63,685 nucleotides of DNA. It comes from a virus. Taxonomy: Duplodnaviria > Caudoviricetes. Location: IMG/VR virus record IMGVR_UViG_3300047360_000121, positions 1 to 63,685 of that record; one strand, 5' to 3'. The position numbers and the translations under genes are program-made. Below the pieces are notes generated by a model. The model was not told where the DNA came from. It did not search any database and was given only the letters and a program-made list of their open reading frames with translations. How positions within the stretch are numbered: the stretch's first letter is position 1; each line of letters opens with the position of its first letter. Shown here one piece after another: positions 26,822 to 36,200 of the stretch.

Positions 26822-29800
26822 TTATCCTTCCATCGCCGCACGGAACTCGGAACTGTTCGCGCGGACGTGGTTCAGGATAGCCTTTCCGCCGCCGCCCGAC
26901 AACGAGGCTTCGAGGAAGGACTCGAAGTCGAAGTAGTTATAGACCTTCGCGTCGCCCGCCGCCTTGCCGCCGCCGGACTTCTTGCCCCCCTGATTCGACC
27001 AGTGGCGCGGGTCCTCTTGCGTCAGAATCTCCTCGTTCTGCTTGGCGATGATCGGCACCTCGCCCGGCTTCAGGCCGGGGATGCCGCCCTCGTGGTAGCG
27101 CAGCGCCCCGGCGAACATAGCCGGGTTCACGCGCCGGGTGCTGTTGCCCGAGCCGACCCGCTTCGATCCGACGTTGCCCCCGGTGTGGCCGGTGCCGACA
27201 GGGACGCCGATCGCCGTCCCGAACGACGTTCCGCCGATCATCCCCATCAGCGCGTTCAGGATCAACTGCTTCAGGATCATCTGCGAAAGCTGAAGCAGGA
27301 AGTCGGCGGCGAACTGAAGGAAGCTGTTCTTCAGCGCCTTCATCTCGTCCTCGCCGTTCGCGACCTGCTGCGCGAAGTTGCCGAACGCATTGGACAGCCC
27401 GCCCACAAGCAGGTCGGCAACGCCGGTCCAGTCCAGCTTGGCCTTCTGCCCGGCGAGGTCGAACCGCTCGGCCTCGATCCGTGCTGTCTGAAGCTGGGCC
27501 AGCGCAGTCGCACCCTCTTGCCCGCCCACGGCTTCCCACATGGCTTTCGCGTTGTCGATCGCTTGGATCAGCGTGTCGTTGACCTGCTCGATCTCGCCCT
27601 TCAGCCGCGCCGCACCCTCGCCGTCGCCTTGCTTCAGTGCGGCTTGGAACTGCTGTTCAAGCGCCGTCCGCTGGGCGACCAACTGGTTGACCACCTCCTG
27701 CGTTTTCGCGGCCTTCTTCTTGGCGTTGTCCTCGGCCTCGGTCGCGTTGGCGAGGTCATACTGCTTGCCGATCAGGATCGACAGCTTGTTGATCTCGGCG
27801 TCGGTGATGTTCGGGTCCGCTGCGCGGGCATCCCGAATACCGGCCTCGATCGCGGCCTGCCGCTTCAGCCCGTCGTTGATAAGCTGCTGCTGGCGCACCG
27901 CGAACTCGGCGTCGGACAAGGTGCTGCTGGTCGCCTCGCGCGCCGCCTGCGCGTCCTCCGCGAGTTTCTGCGACTCGCGCTCGGCGTCGTTCAGGCGCTC
28001 CTGCTCCTCCTTCAGATCGTAGAGCGCACCGGCCTGTTCACGGACCCGAGCGAGGTCGTCTTCCGTGGCGTTCGGGTTGCGCTCCTGCTCGTCACGGATC
28101 GCTTCGAGGATTTCGGCCTCGCGCTCGCGGCCCTCGTTGATGAGGCGCTGCTGGTCGATCTCGAATTGCCGGTCGGCGGCAGCCGCCCGCGAGTCCGCGC
28201 CCTGTTCAAGCCGCTCGCTCGGGTCGAAGTCGCTCGGCGCATCGGGGATCGTGATGTTCGCGAACCGCTCCCGGTCGGCGTCGATATTCATATCGAACCG
28301 CTTGGTGCCGGGACCGCTGCCCGCGACGGCGCGGCGCACGTCGGCCACCGCGTCGCCGGTCTGCGTCATGCGATCGGCGAGGTAGGCCGCAGCCACGTCC
28401 ACCGCCACCTTCATGTCGCGGATAAGGAGGTCGGGGTCGTTCACGATGTCATGGCCGGTCTGGGCCGCGTACCGCTCGTAGTTCGACCGCCCGGTCAACT
28501 GAATGAAACCGCGCCCGTAGAACTTGCCGCCGTCGCCCGGCTGGGTGTTCCCGAGGCCGCGCCCGGCAGCCGTCCCGGCCCCGTACATTGCCTCGAAGAA
28601 CTTCGACGCGCCGCCCGCCACGAGCGCCCGCAGTTCGGCGTCCGACATGCCCTTGGCCGCCCCGAAGATTTCCCGCGCCCGGCCCGGCGAGTAGTTCGGG
28701 CTTTCGCTGACCGTGAAGTCGAAGTTCGACTCGCCGCCCGCTACGGCGAAGGCCGCGCGCACGTATTCGTCCGACATGCCCGCCGCCTTCAGAGACGCCG
28801 CGAACTTCGCTTGGAAGTCGTCGCCGAAGGCCGACAGCATCCCGCCGATGCCGCCGACAGCCGAGTTGAACGCGCCGCCGATGGTGGACAGGCCGGTGCT
28901 GATCTTCTCGCCCAGCCCGCCCGCGAGGCTGCCGATCGTCGTGAACTTCTCGATCACCGAGTCGGCGTCGGTCAGGAGGTCCGCGAACAGGCCGACGAAG
29001 GACGTTCCGTCGAACGTGTTCTTCATCCCGCGCCATGTCGAGATCAGGTCCTCGACCTTGATGTTGGCCGCGATGATCTCGCCGGTCAGCGATGCGACCT
29101 CGCCAACCTGCGCGGCGAAGGCGTCGGACTTTTCGAGGTCATCGAGATAGTCGGAAAGCTGCGGCAGCGCCGTCCGCACGAGATCGCGGAAGCCGTCTTT
29201 CAGGTCGTCCGCGTCCTCGCGCAGCTTCTTCGCCGCCTCGCCCGCGTCCTCCGCATCCTCGCGGAAAATCTCAAGGCCCCTGCCGGTGTCTTCCGCCGCG
29301 TTGCCGAGTTCATCGAACCCCTCTTGGGCCGTCTCGGTGTCCTTGCTCGCGGCCTTCACGGCAGATGCCGCCTGCTCCTGATTCTCCTTCATGGCGACGA
29401 GCGAACGTGCCAGCTTCAGGATGAACCCGCCGTACTGGACCGCCTCGTGGCTGCCGTCCGACTGCGCCTTGATCGTCTCGTCCAGCTTGGCGATGTATTC
29501 TGCCGCGTCGATCGAGCCGCTGTTGAACTCCTCGTTCACGCCCGCAATCGCGTCGCGGAACTCCTGCGGCACGTCGAAGATTTCCGCCCCTGCGGCGAGG
29601 TTGAACCCGAAGAAGTTCGTGAGGAAGTTGTCGTTGCCCTGCGCAGCAAGTGCCATCCGGTCTTCGAGTTCGGCCACGGCGTCCGTGATCCGCTGAAGGT
29701 TGGCGTTCGCTTCGGCAGCGGTCAGGTCTTCGAGCCGGTCCTTCCAGCCCTCGACCGAGCCGCCCACCGCGTCATAGGCGTTCTTCACCCGGTCCACGAT

Positions 29801-32422
29801 GTCCTTGTGGTCCGCGAGCGCGTCATTCATGTCGGTGGCGGCGGTGAGCCAGTGCGCCCCGAGGGCACCGACCCCGGCAAGCAGGATGCCGATCCCGGTC
29901 GAGGCGGCAAGCGCCCGCAGCCCGGCGGTCAGGCCGCGCACCGCGCCGGTCGCGCGCGTCGCGCCGGTCGCCATGGCGTTCGCCCCGGCAGCCGCAGCGC
30001 GCGTGTCAGCCGCCGTCTTGCGGGCGCTGTCACCGAGGTTCTTCACGCCGCGCCCGAGGGCCATGACGATGTTGAAGGACTTCAGGCCGAGCGCCGCGCC
30101 GATCACCGTGGCGACGAGGGTGAAGTTGTCCGCGACGAGGCTGACCGTATCCGCGAGCACCGCGAAGCCCGCCGACATCTTCTGCACGAAGGAAATGAAC
30201 TCGCCGCTCTTGAGGAGGTCGGTGAGGTTGTTCAGGGCTTCGCTGAAGGCTTCGATGAACCCGCCCTCGGCGAAGACGATCATCGCTTGGAAGGCGGCGT
30301 TCCTGAACCGGCCCAGCGAGGCGGTCACGCCCTTCAGCGAGTCCTCAAGCCCCTCGCCGAACTGCTTGTCCAACTGGTCGGCGAACGGGGCCAGCGAATC
30401 CGCCGTGACCTTGCCCTGCTCCATGAGGTTCTGAAGTTCGCCCACGCCGATGCCGAGCGCGTCGGCCATGGTCTTCACGGCTCGGGGAAGACGATCCCCG
30501 AGTTGTTCCTGCAATTCTTCGAGGCTCAGTTTTTCTTTGTTGACAATTTGCGTCAACGCTTTGAAAATGCCCGACAATTCCTCGTTCGGGATGCGCGCCA
30601 CACGCGCCGCCTCGGCCACCGACAGGAAGATTTTCCGGGTGCGCTCGCCTTCAAGGTTCGAGTCGCGCGTGGCGATCGCGAACTTCGTGTATTCGTCGGC
30701 CAGCACACCGAGTTCGATCCCGAGCCGGTCGGCGGTGCGCCGCAGGAAGTCCATCTCCTGCGCGGCCTGCTGCTGATCGCCGCCGGTCGCAACCCCGAGC
30801 CGGGACTGCGCCGCTTCGAGTTTCTGGTAGGCCCCGACGACGTTGTTCAGCACCTCCACGACCGTATAGAGACCGCCATAGGCGGCGATCATGGAGAGGA
30901 CTTCGCCCCGGAGACGCTGGGTGTAGCTAAGGGCTTGGCGCGACCCGCCGTAGAGGTCGTTGTAGGCCGCGCGCAGGCTCGACACCTTCGGCGCGGCGGC
31001 GCGGGCCTCGTCGCCCAGCCGCTCGATGTTGTCGGCTTCCCGGCGAGTCGCCCCGTTGTCCATCTCGTCGTGCAGCGAACGGATCGCCTGCCGTGCGGTG
31101 AAGCCGTCATTGGCGACCGACTGCATGGTCCGGCCAAGCTGTTCCTGCGCGCTGGCGAAGCTGCGCTGCGCCTGCACGATGGATTGCAGGTCGCCGCTTT
31201 GCTCCCGGTAGGCGGCAGACATGCGCCCGAGGGCTTCCTCCTGCGCCATGAGGCGGTACTGCGACTGCTCGGCAGCCTGCGCCGCCAAGGCGAGTTCTTT
31301 CGACATCTCGCGCGTCGGGACGCCCACCGCGCCGATCTCGTGCTTCAGCGCCGAGACGGCGACTTCGAGGTCATCGAACTCCTCGCGCGCCTGACGCGCC
31401 GCGATTCCCTGCTCGACAAGCTGCTGCTCGATCGACCCGAGGGCTTCGCTGTTCAGCCCGGCGAGCGCGGCCTCGGCCCGGTCGGATGCCGTGGCGATCT
31501 CGTCCAGCGCCTCTTTCGCCGCCTCAAGGCCCGCCGCCTGCCGGGCAGCGTTGTCCGAGGTGGACTTCAGCGCCGTCTCAAGCGTCCGCTGATCCTTCGC
31601 CGAAGCCTTGGCCGCGACGCCGAGCGACTCGTAGTTCGCCTTGATCTTTTCAAGCGCGGCAACCTGCCGCTCCTCGTTCGCTGCCGCCTGCTCCGTCCGT
31701 GCCGAGAAGTCGAGCACCGCAGCCTCGGCTTTGCCGATCGCCGCGCCAATCCCGGCGTACTCCTGTTCCAGTTCGGTCAGCTTCGCCTTCGCGCGGGCGA
31801 CCGAGCGCGTGGACCGCTCGAAAGCCTCGACGGTGCTCTTGGCGGGCTTTTCGGCCTTCTGCATCTTGGCCGCAAGCTTGTCGTACCCTGCCGAGGCTTT
31901 CGCCAGCGCGGCAGACTGCTTCTGGATTTCATCAGGCAGTTCCGACTGCCGCTTGACAAGCTTCTCCTGCTCGGTCGTCGCTTTCTTCGTCTCGGCGGTG
32001 AGCGAACGCAGTTCGGCCTTGGCCGTTTTCACGGCGTCCTTCTGGCGCTTCTGCGCGGCAGCCGCGCCGTCCAGCTTGGAGGCGAACTTGTCGGCCTCGT
32101 AGGTCGCGCGCGACAGGTTGCCGGTTACACGCTGCACGGCGACCCCGGACTCGGCGCTCTCCTTTTCGAGCCGGGAGATCGCCGCAGAAACCTTGTCCAT
32201 CTCCTGCTGGAACTTCGAGCCGACGTTCAGCGACCCGAGGCTGCTTTCGACCTTCTTGGCCGCTTCGGTGATGGTGGAGAGGGCGGCTTTCGTTTCCTTC
32301 GACTGGCCCCGCAGACCGGCCTGCGAATCCACGAAGTCGTCAAGCGCGGCCCCGATCTTTTCGACTGCTTTGGAGGCGTCATCTTTGGCTCGGATGACGA
32401 GGTTTACATCTTTACGCGCCAT
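26822..32422 (-). CDS. Tape measure protein with embedded GH19-type lysozyme-like domain
   Basis: 1866 aa Ala-rich coiled coil; EELQEQLGDRLP motif; LGNTQPGDGGKFYGRGFIQLTGRSNY. Confidence 0.93.
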   Translation of the reverse strand: MARKDVNLVIRAKDDASKAVEKIGAALDDFVDSQAGLRGQSKETKAALSTITEAAKKVESSLGSLNVGSKFQQEMDKVSAAISRLEKESAESGVAVQRVTGNLSRATYEADKFASKLDGAAAAQKRQKDAVKTAKAELRSLTAETKKATTEQEKLVKRQSELPDEIQKQSAALAKASAGYDKLAAKMQKAEKPAKSTVEAFERSTRSVARAKAKLTELEQEYAGIGAAIGKAEAAVLDFSARTEQAAANEERQVAALEKIKANYESLGVAAKASAKDQRTLETALKSTSDNAARQAAGLEAAKEALDEIATASDRAEAALAGLNSEALGSIEQQLVEQGIAARQAREEFDDLEVAVSALKHEIGAVGVPTREMSKELALAAQAAEQSQYRLMAQEEALGRMSAAYREQSGDLQSIVQAQRSFASAQEQLGRTMQSVANDGFTARQAIRSLHDEMDNGATRREADNIERLGDEARAAAPKVSSLRAAYNDLYGGSRQALSYTQRLRGEVLSMIAAYGGLYTVVEVLNNVVGAYQKLEAAQSRLGVATGGDQQQAAQEMDFLRRTADRLGIELGVLADEYTKFAIATRDSNLEGERTRKIFLSVAEAARVARIPNEELSGIFKALTQIVNKEKLSLEELQEQLGDRLPRAVKTMADALGIGVGELQNLMEQGKVTADSLAPFADQLDKQFGEGLEDSLKGVTASLGRFRNAAFQAMIVFAEGGFIEAFSEALNNLTDLLKSGEFISFVQKMSAGFAVLADTVSLVADNFTLVATVIGAALGLKSFNIVMALGRGVKNLGDSARKTAADTRAAAAGANAMATGATRATGAVRGLTAGLRALAASTGIGILLAGVGALGAHWLTAATDMNDALADHKDIVDRVKNAYDAVGGSVEGWKDRLEDLTAAEANANLQRITDAVAELEDRMALAAQGNDNFLTNFFGFNLAAGAEIFDVPQEFRDAIAGVNEEFNSGSIDAAEYIAKLDETIKAQSDGSHEAVQYGGFILKLARSLVAMKENQEQAASAVKAASKDTETAQEGFDELGNAAEDTGRGLEIFREDAEDAGEAAKKLREDADDLKDGFRDLVRTALPQLSDYLDDLEKSDAFAAQVGEVASLTGEIIAANIKVEDLISTWRGMKNTFDGTSFVGLFADLLTDADSVIEKFTTIGSLAGGLGEKISTGLSTIGGAFNSAVGGIGGMLSAFGDDFQAKFAASLKAAGMSDEYVRAAFAVAGGESNFDFTVSESPNYSPGRAREIFGAAKGMSDAELRALVAGGASKFFEAMYGAGTAAGRGLGNTQPGDGGKFYGRGFIQLTGRSNYERYAAQTGHDIVNDPDLLIRDMKVAVDVAAAYLADRMTQTGDAVADVRRAVAGSGPGTKRFDMNIDADRERFANITIPDAPSDFDPSERLEQGADSRAAAADRQFEIDQQRLINEGREREAEILEAIRDEQERNPNATEDDLARVREQAGALYDLKEEQERLNDAERESQKLAEDAQAAREATSSTLSDAEFAVRQQQLINDGLKRQAAIEAGIRDARAADPNITDAEINKLSILIGKQYDLANATEAEDNAKKKAAKTQEVVNQLVAQRTALEQQFQAALKQGDGEGAARLKGEIEQVNDTLIQAIDNAKAMWEAVGGQEGATALAQLQTARIEAERFDLAGQKAKLDWTGVADLLVGGLSNAFGNFAQQVANGEDEMKALKNSFLQFAADFLLQLSQMILKQLILNALMGMIGGTSFGTAIGVPVGTGHTGGNVGSKRVGSGNSTRRVNPAMFAGALRYHEGGIPGLKPGEVPIIAKQNEEILTQEDPRHWSNQGGKKSGGGKAAGDAKVYNYFDFESFLEASLSGGGGKAILNHVRANSSEFRAAMEG

Positions 32423-32438
32423 TCAGGACGCCCCCTTT

Positions 32439-32678
32439 TCAGTTTTGGTCGAACAGCCCCTCAACAGGTTCAGTCTCGAAGTGAAGCTGCTTCTGCATCT
32501 TACCGAACTGCTTACCGGCTTTGGCTGACACTACGCTAGACGCGGCCATTTGCACAAGCTGCGCCTCGGTCAGTATGCGGGCGTTCTCACGTTCGGTCAC
32601 GATGTTGGCCTCATCGAACACCCTGCCGATCGTGTAGTCCATCGCCCCGGTGTGACCGTGGGCAAGGATCAGGCTCAC
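32439..32678 (-). CDS. Tail assembly chaperone, C-terminal extension reached by -1 frameshift (gpT equivalent)
   Basis: Frame is open from the slippery site at 32783 (KADGVPERN...FAEWYWGIRRAVSLILAHGH). Confidence 0.8.
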   Translation of the reverse strand: MSLILAHGHTGAMDYTIGRVFDEANIVTERENARILTEAQLVQMAASSVVSAKAGKQFGKMQKQLHFETEPVEGLFDQN

Positions 32679-33160
32679 CGCTCGTCGGATGCCCCAATAC
32701 CATTCTGCGAAGGAAACTTCACTCCCACCAGAGTCCCAGAGATCATCAGATACGTTTCTCTCAGGGACTCCATCAGCTTTTTTACGGAAGCCTCGCTGCG
32801 GAACGTCTCTTGAATGATGACGTTCAGCATACCGAGTTGGTCTTCGAGGGGCATCTCGGACGCGGCCTCGCGGCCCTCGGGGGTATAGTCGTCGTTCCCC
32901 AGCGCGATCAGGCTGCCGACCATATCGGGGGCGTCGGCCAGCGCGGCGAGGAGGGCGGTCTTCACGTCGTCCTCGGTCAGCGTCTTGGCGCGGGCCTTCG
33001 GCATCAACGTCTGGAAGGCGTGGGCCATGTTCGGGCCGTAGTGCGTCACCAGCATCATCAGGTCGCCAGCGGTCAGGCCGCGCAACTCGACCCGGTGCGT
33101 CTTCTCGCCCGCCTCGATGTCGTAGTGCGCGCGAGGGCGGCGAATGTCGCGGATTTTCAT
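32675..33160 (-). CDS. Tail assembly chaperone (gpG equivalent)
   Basis: Between major tail and tape measure; LRGLT motif; VKKL slippery site. Confidence 0.85.
   Translation of the reverse strand: MKIRDIRRPRAHYDIEAGEKTHRVELRGLTAGDLMMLVTHYGPNMAHAFQTLMPKARAKTLTEDDVKTALLAALADAPDMVGSLIALGNDDYTPEGREAASEMPLEDQLGMLNVIIQETFRSEASVKKLMESLRETYLMISGTLVGVKFPSQNGIGASDER
32777..32783 (-). other. Programmed -1 frameshift heptamer A AAA AAG
   Basis: GTA AAA AAG in the gpG frame; -1 frame continues without a stop into gpT. Confidence 0.85.
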
Positions 33161-33175
33161 GGGGCTTTCCTTTGG

Positions 33176-33198
33176 AGGTGTCAGGTGTCAGGTGTCAG
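33176..33198. repeat. Heptamer tandem (AGGTGTC)x3; reads CCTGACA on the coding strand
   Basis: Seen directly between the major tail and chaperone genes. Confidence 0.8.
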
Positions 33199-33229
33199 GA
33201 GGCGTTTCGGCGACCGGGGCCGCTTCAGA

Positions 33230-34009
33230 TCAAGAGAAGACGGGCGTGCCGTCGCGGTAGATCGCCTCGCCAGCGTTCGGCTTCAGCACTTCGAGCGACA
33301 GCGGAATCTGCTGCCAGTCGTCGCCCTTCAGCGCGTAGTCGCCGTTCGGCGTGATCTTCACGGAGGGCATGAGGAACACGGCGTCGTCGCCCTTCGGGTT
33401 CTTGGTCACGTACATCATCGCGCCCTCGACCGGCTGCGAACCGGAGATCACGCGCGAGCGGGTGGACGCACGAACGCCGAACGACAGGGTGACATCGGAA
33501 CCTTCGGTGGCGGCGGTGGACCCCTCCATGAAGGTGATGATGCCATTCGCGGCGTCGAGTTCGTAGTCGGTGCCGAGCACGAGTTCCTGCGAGTTCACGG
33601 TCGCCGAGAACTGGTCAGGGTCCACGCCGAAGTAGCCCGCCGGGTTGTTCTCGGTCGCGCCGAGTTTGTAGCCGTAGCCCGCATGGATCGACTCGATCGT
33701 GTCGGTGACGGACGCGACCGAGGGCTGCGTGATCTGTTCGGACGAGCCGAAGAAGAACAGCGCGACGTTCTCGGGGTCGATGTTGTCGGTGGTCAGCGAG
33801 CCGGTACGGTTCACTTCGAGCGGAACCGAGTCGTCCTTCTCGCGGATGCCTTCGTCCGAGGAGTAGTGGTCGAGTTCTTCGGACTCGATGTTCAGGCTGA
33901 ACTCGGGCGTGTTGCCGATGTACCGATAACCATCGGGGATCGAGGTTCCGTCCTTGAAGCGGGCGAAGTAAACCTTGCCCCGGCCCAGCGTGTAGTTTTT
34001 CGTCGCCAT
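33230..34009 (-). CDS. Major tail tube protein
   Basis: NYTLGRGKVYF, RYIGNTPEF, PNGDYALKGDDWQQ. Confidence 0.9.
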   Translation of the reverse strand: MATKNYTLGRGKVYFARFKDGTSIPDGYRYIGNTPEFSLNIESEELDHYSSDEGIREKDDSVPLEVNRTGSLTTDNIDPENVALFFFGSSEQITQPSVASVTDTIESIHAGYGYKLGATENNPAGYFGVDPDQFSATVNSQELVLGTDYELDAANGIITFMEGSTAATEGSDVTLSFGVRASTRSRVISGSQPVEGAMMYVTKNPKGDDAVFLMPSVKITPNGDYALKGDDWQQIPLSLEVLKPNAGEAIYRDGTPVFS

Positions 34010-34037
34010 GTGGCACCCTTTCTCTAGTGTGCTCCGT

Positions 34038-34544
34038 TCACTGACCGAAAGGGTCAGCCAAGTCTTCGACAAACTCTAGCGTCAAGTTCAGCCAGAAGTA
34101 AGCCTTATCCGAGATTTCATCCGGGGGCCGGACTACCCCTGCCCCGATATACAAGTCCGTGACGATCCGGCCAAGCCCCAGAATACCGTTCTCCGGTTCG
34201 TTCCAGTGGACCTTAGCGCGCTCTTTGGCGAGCACCATCTTCGTTTCAGCGAGGAGCCGCTGCGCCGGGTCAGTCGGGTTCTGCCGGTCGTCTTCCACGA
34301 AGCCCTGAATGACAAGCTGCTGGCTGATCTTCTGTTCGGTGCCAGCGCCCGGCTGCCGGGGCGGCTCGTCGGGGATCGGGGCTTCGAGGATCGAGATCAT
34401 GGGCACTTCGGTTTCCTCACCGAAGATGCCGCGCCCGCGATGGACGTGGCCCCGCATGTCGTGGCCGAAGCCATTCTCGGGCGTGATGGTTTCAAGCAGC
34501 GCGGTCAGCCGCTTGTGGAGGATCAGTCGAGTCGGTTCAGGCAT
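34038..34544 (-). CDS. Tail terminator protein
   Basis: Position; VHRGR, PMISILE, PTDPA, VVRPPDE motifs. Confidence 0.75.
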   Translation of the reverse strand: MPEPTRLILHKRLTALLETITPENGFGHDMRGHVHRGRGIFGEETEVPMISILEAPIPDEPPRQPGAGTEQKISQQLVIQGFVEDDRQNPTDPAQRLLAETKMVLAKERAKVHWNEPENGILGLGRIVTDLYIGAGVVRPPDEISDKAYFWLNLTLEFVEDLADPFGQ

Positions 34545-35157
34545 TGTCCACCTTCAGCAGTCTCAGGAACTCGCGGCGCAGGTCGTCTTCGAGTTCGGGA
34601 ATGATGTCGCGCTTCACGCCCTTGCCGCTGTTGGCCTCGAAGACCTGCGACACGGACGGGCCGTAGAGGAGGTAGAGGTTGCCCGCAACCTGCTTGGCCG
34701 AATACTTGCCGGTGATGCGTTCGCCGCGCCGCAGCCGGATCGCCAGCCCCATGTTCCGAGCCGTGTCCACCGCGCCGGACCCGGCGGGCAGGGGCAGCAG
34801 GAAGGCCCGGTTCATGCGGGTGGTCTTGCCCTTCTGGACCTGCAAGCCGACACCGGCCCGGCCCACCCGTCCGCTCGTGACGAACCGGGCGAGCGAGGTC
34901 GGTCGGCCTCGGGCGGTGATCTTCGTTTCGAGCGACCCGGCGTCGGCCCGCGCACCGACGAACAGGCGGTCCTTGGACGGGCTGACGTAGCTGGCGGGCA
35001 GGTTCACCTCGGCGGTGATGCGCCGGGCGATCTCGGCGCGGGCGTCTCGCGCGATCCGGTTGATCGCCATGGCCGCTTTGCGGCGGCGCGTGGCGTCGTC
35101 CAGACCTTCGAGGAGGTCCACGTCGAGGCCGTCCACGAAGTAGGCGAAGTCAGCCAC
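34537..35157 (-). CDS. Tail completion/neck protein (lambda gpZ-like)
   Basis: Basic protein; RPTSLARF, LYGPSVSQVF. Confidence 0.75.
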   Translation of the reverse strand: MADFAYFVDGLDVDLLEGLDDATRRRKAAMAINRIARDARAEIARRITAEVNLPASYVSPSKDRLFVGARADAGSLETKITARGRPTSLARFVTSGRVGRAGVGLQVQKGKTTRMNRAFLLPLPAGSGAVDTARNMGLAIRLRRGERITGKYSAKQVAGNLYLLYGPSVSQVFEANSGKGVKRDIIPELEDDLRREFLRLLKVDNA

Positions 35158-35545
35158 CGATCAGCACCCCGTTCGGGTCCAGCTTGCCGTCGAGGTCCTT
35201 CTGCGCCGCGCGCACGACTTCGGCGGTGATCGTCAGGCCGTCCGGCGGCGAGACGTTGTTCACGAAGTATCCCTCCTCGGCGCTCAGGATCACGAGGCTG
35301 TTGCGCACCGGGTTGGGCAGTTCGGGACGCCAGAAAACGACCTCCTCGGCCCGGTCCTGCGTCTCGGCATAGGACAGGTTCGTGCCTGCGAGATCGCCCG
35401 CCTTGGCGACATTCGAGTGGTAGCGGACCTTGACGACCGATCGCGGCGAGTCCGGCAGATGCGGCTCGGGATAATAGGAGGCCGCGCGCCCCATGAAGTC
35501 GTGGAGCGCGCGGCGGGATTGAGCCTTGATTTGCTCAATCGACAT
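35150..35545 (-). CDS. Head-tail joining protein
   Basis: Position and size; RRALHD..GRAASY. Confidence 0.65.
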   Translation of the reverse strand: MSIEQIKAQSRRALHDFMGRAASYYPEPHLPDSPRSVVKVRYHSNVAKAGDLAGTNLSYAETQDRAEEVVFWRPELPNPVRNSLVILSAEEGYFVNNVSPPDGLTITAEVVRAAQKDLDGKLDPNGVLIGG

Positions 35546-35548
35546 GAC

Positions 35549-36127
35549 TCAGACCATGCCGTCCGTGTCGTCACCTTCGGCGTCGTCGGCCTTGGCGGCT
35601 TCACGCTTCTCGGCGATGCGCTTCTTCAGCCCGGCTTCCTTCAGGTTGCCGTTGGGGGCCTCGCCGAACACCTCCTCGTATTCGGCGCGCAGGCGGTCGA
35701 GGTCGGACAGCGCGGGCTGTTCGACATCGGCGGCGTTGCCTTCTTTGCGCTCGGCCTCGTCCACCTTCGCATCGGGCGAGGTCTGACCTTCGCCGACGTT
35801 GGCCTCGTCCACCTTGGACTCGACGGTTTCGGCGGGCTTGGCCGGTTCCGCCCCGGCGACCGGGCGCACGGTGTTCGTTTCGGGCGTGGTGACATCGTAC
35901 AGCCGCGAGCCGCGCAGGATTTCATCGTCGGCCTCGACCGGGCGCGCGGCCCGCATTTCGATGAACTCGGCTTCCTGCTCCTCGGACTGCGCCTTGAACT
36001 GCGCACCGTTGGGGATGGTCTTCGTCTTGGGCCGCACCGGGGCAAGACCCTTGGCCGGATCACCGGCCTTGCCGGGGGTCACGGTCATGTGGATTTCGGT
36101 GAGGGCGATCAGTTGCTTCAGGGCCAT
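35549..36127 (-). CDS. Capsid-downstream protein (gpFI-like position) with acidic tail
   Basis: AGGAG RBS; low-complexity linker; C-terminal helical LRAEYEEVFG..P...LKKRI. Confidence 0.6.
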   Translation of the reverse strand: MALKQLIALTEIHMTVTPGKAGDPAKGLAPVRPKTKTIPNGAQFKAQSEEQEAEFIEMRAARPVEADDEILRGSRLYDVTTPETNTVRPVAGAEPAKPAETVESKVDEANVGEGQTSPDAKVDEAERKEGNAADVEQPALSDLDRLRAEYEEVFGEAPNGNLKEAGLKKRIAEKREAAKADDAEGDDTDGMV

Positions 36128-36159
36128 GGTGGCGCTCCTGTGTGTTCGGGGGTCAGAAG

Positions 36160-36186
36160 GGACGAAGGGCGGGCCGAAGCCCGCCC
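36160..36186 (-). terminator. Stem-loop after the major capsid gene
   Basis: GGGCGGGC-TTCG-GCCCGCCC followed by pyrimidines on the minus strand. Confidence 0.65.
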
Positions 36187-36200
36187 CCTGTCACGCCGGA

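Noticed and set aside
26867-32539. 1890-aa plus-strand ORF, and similar long antisense ORFs (45539-48355, 51912-54566, 5149-7416, 21471-23648)
   Set aside because: They mirror well-supported genes on the opposite strand, have no motifs, and are expected from high GC3 codon bias.
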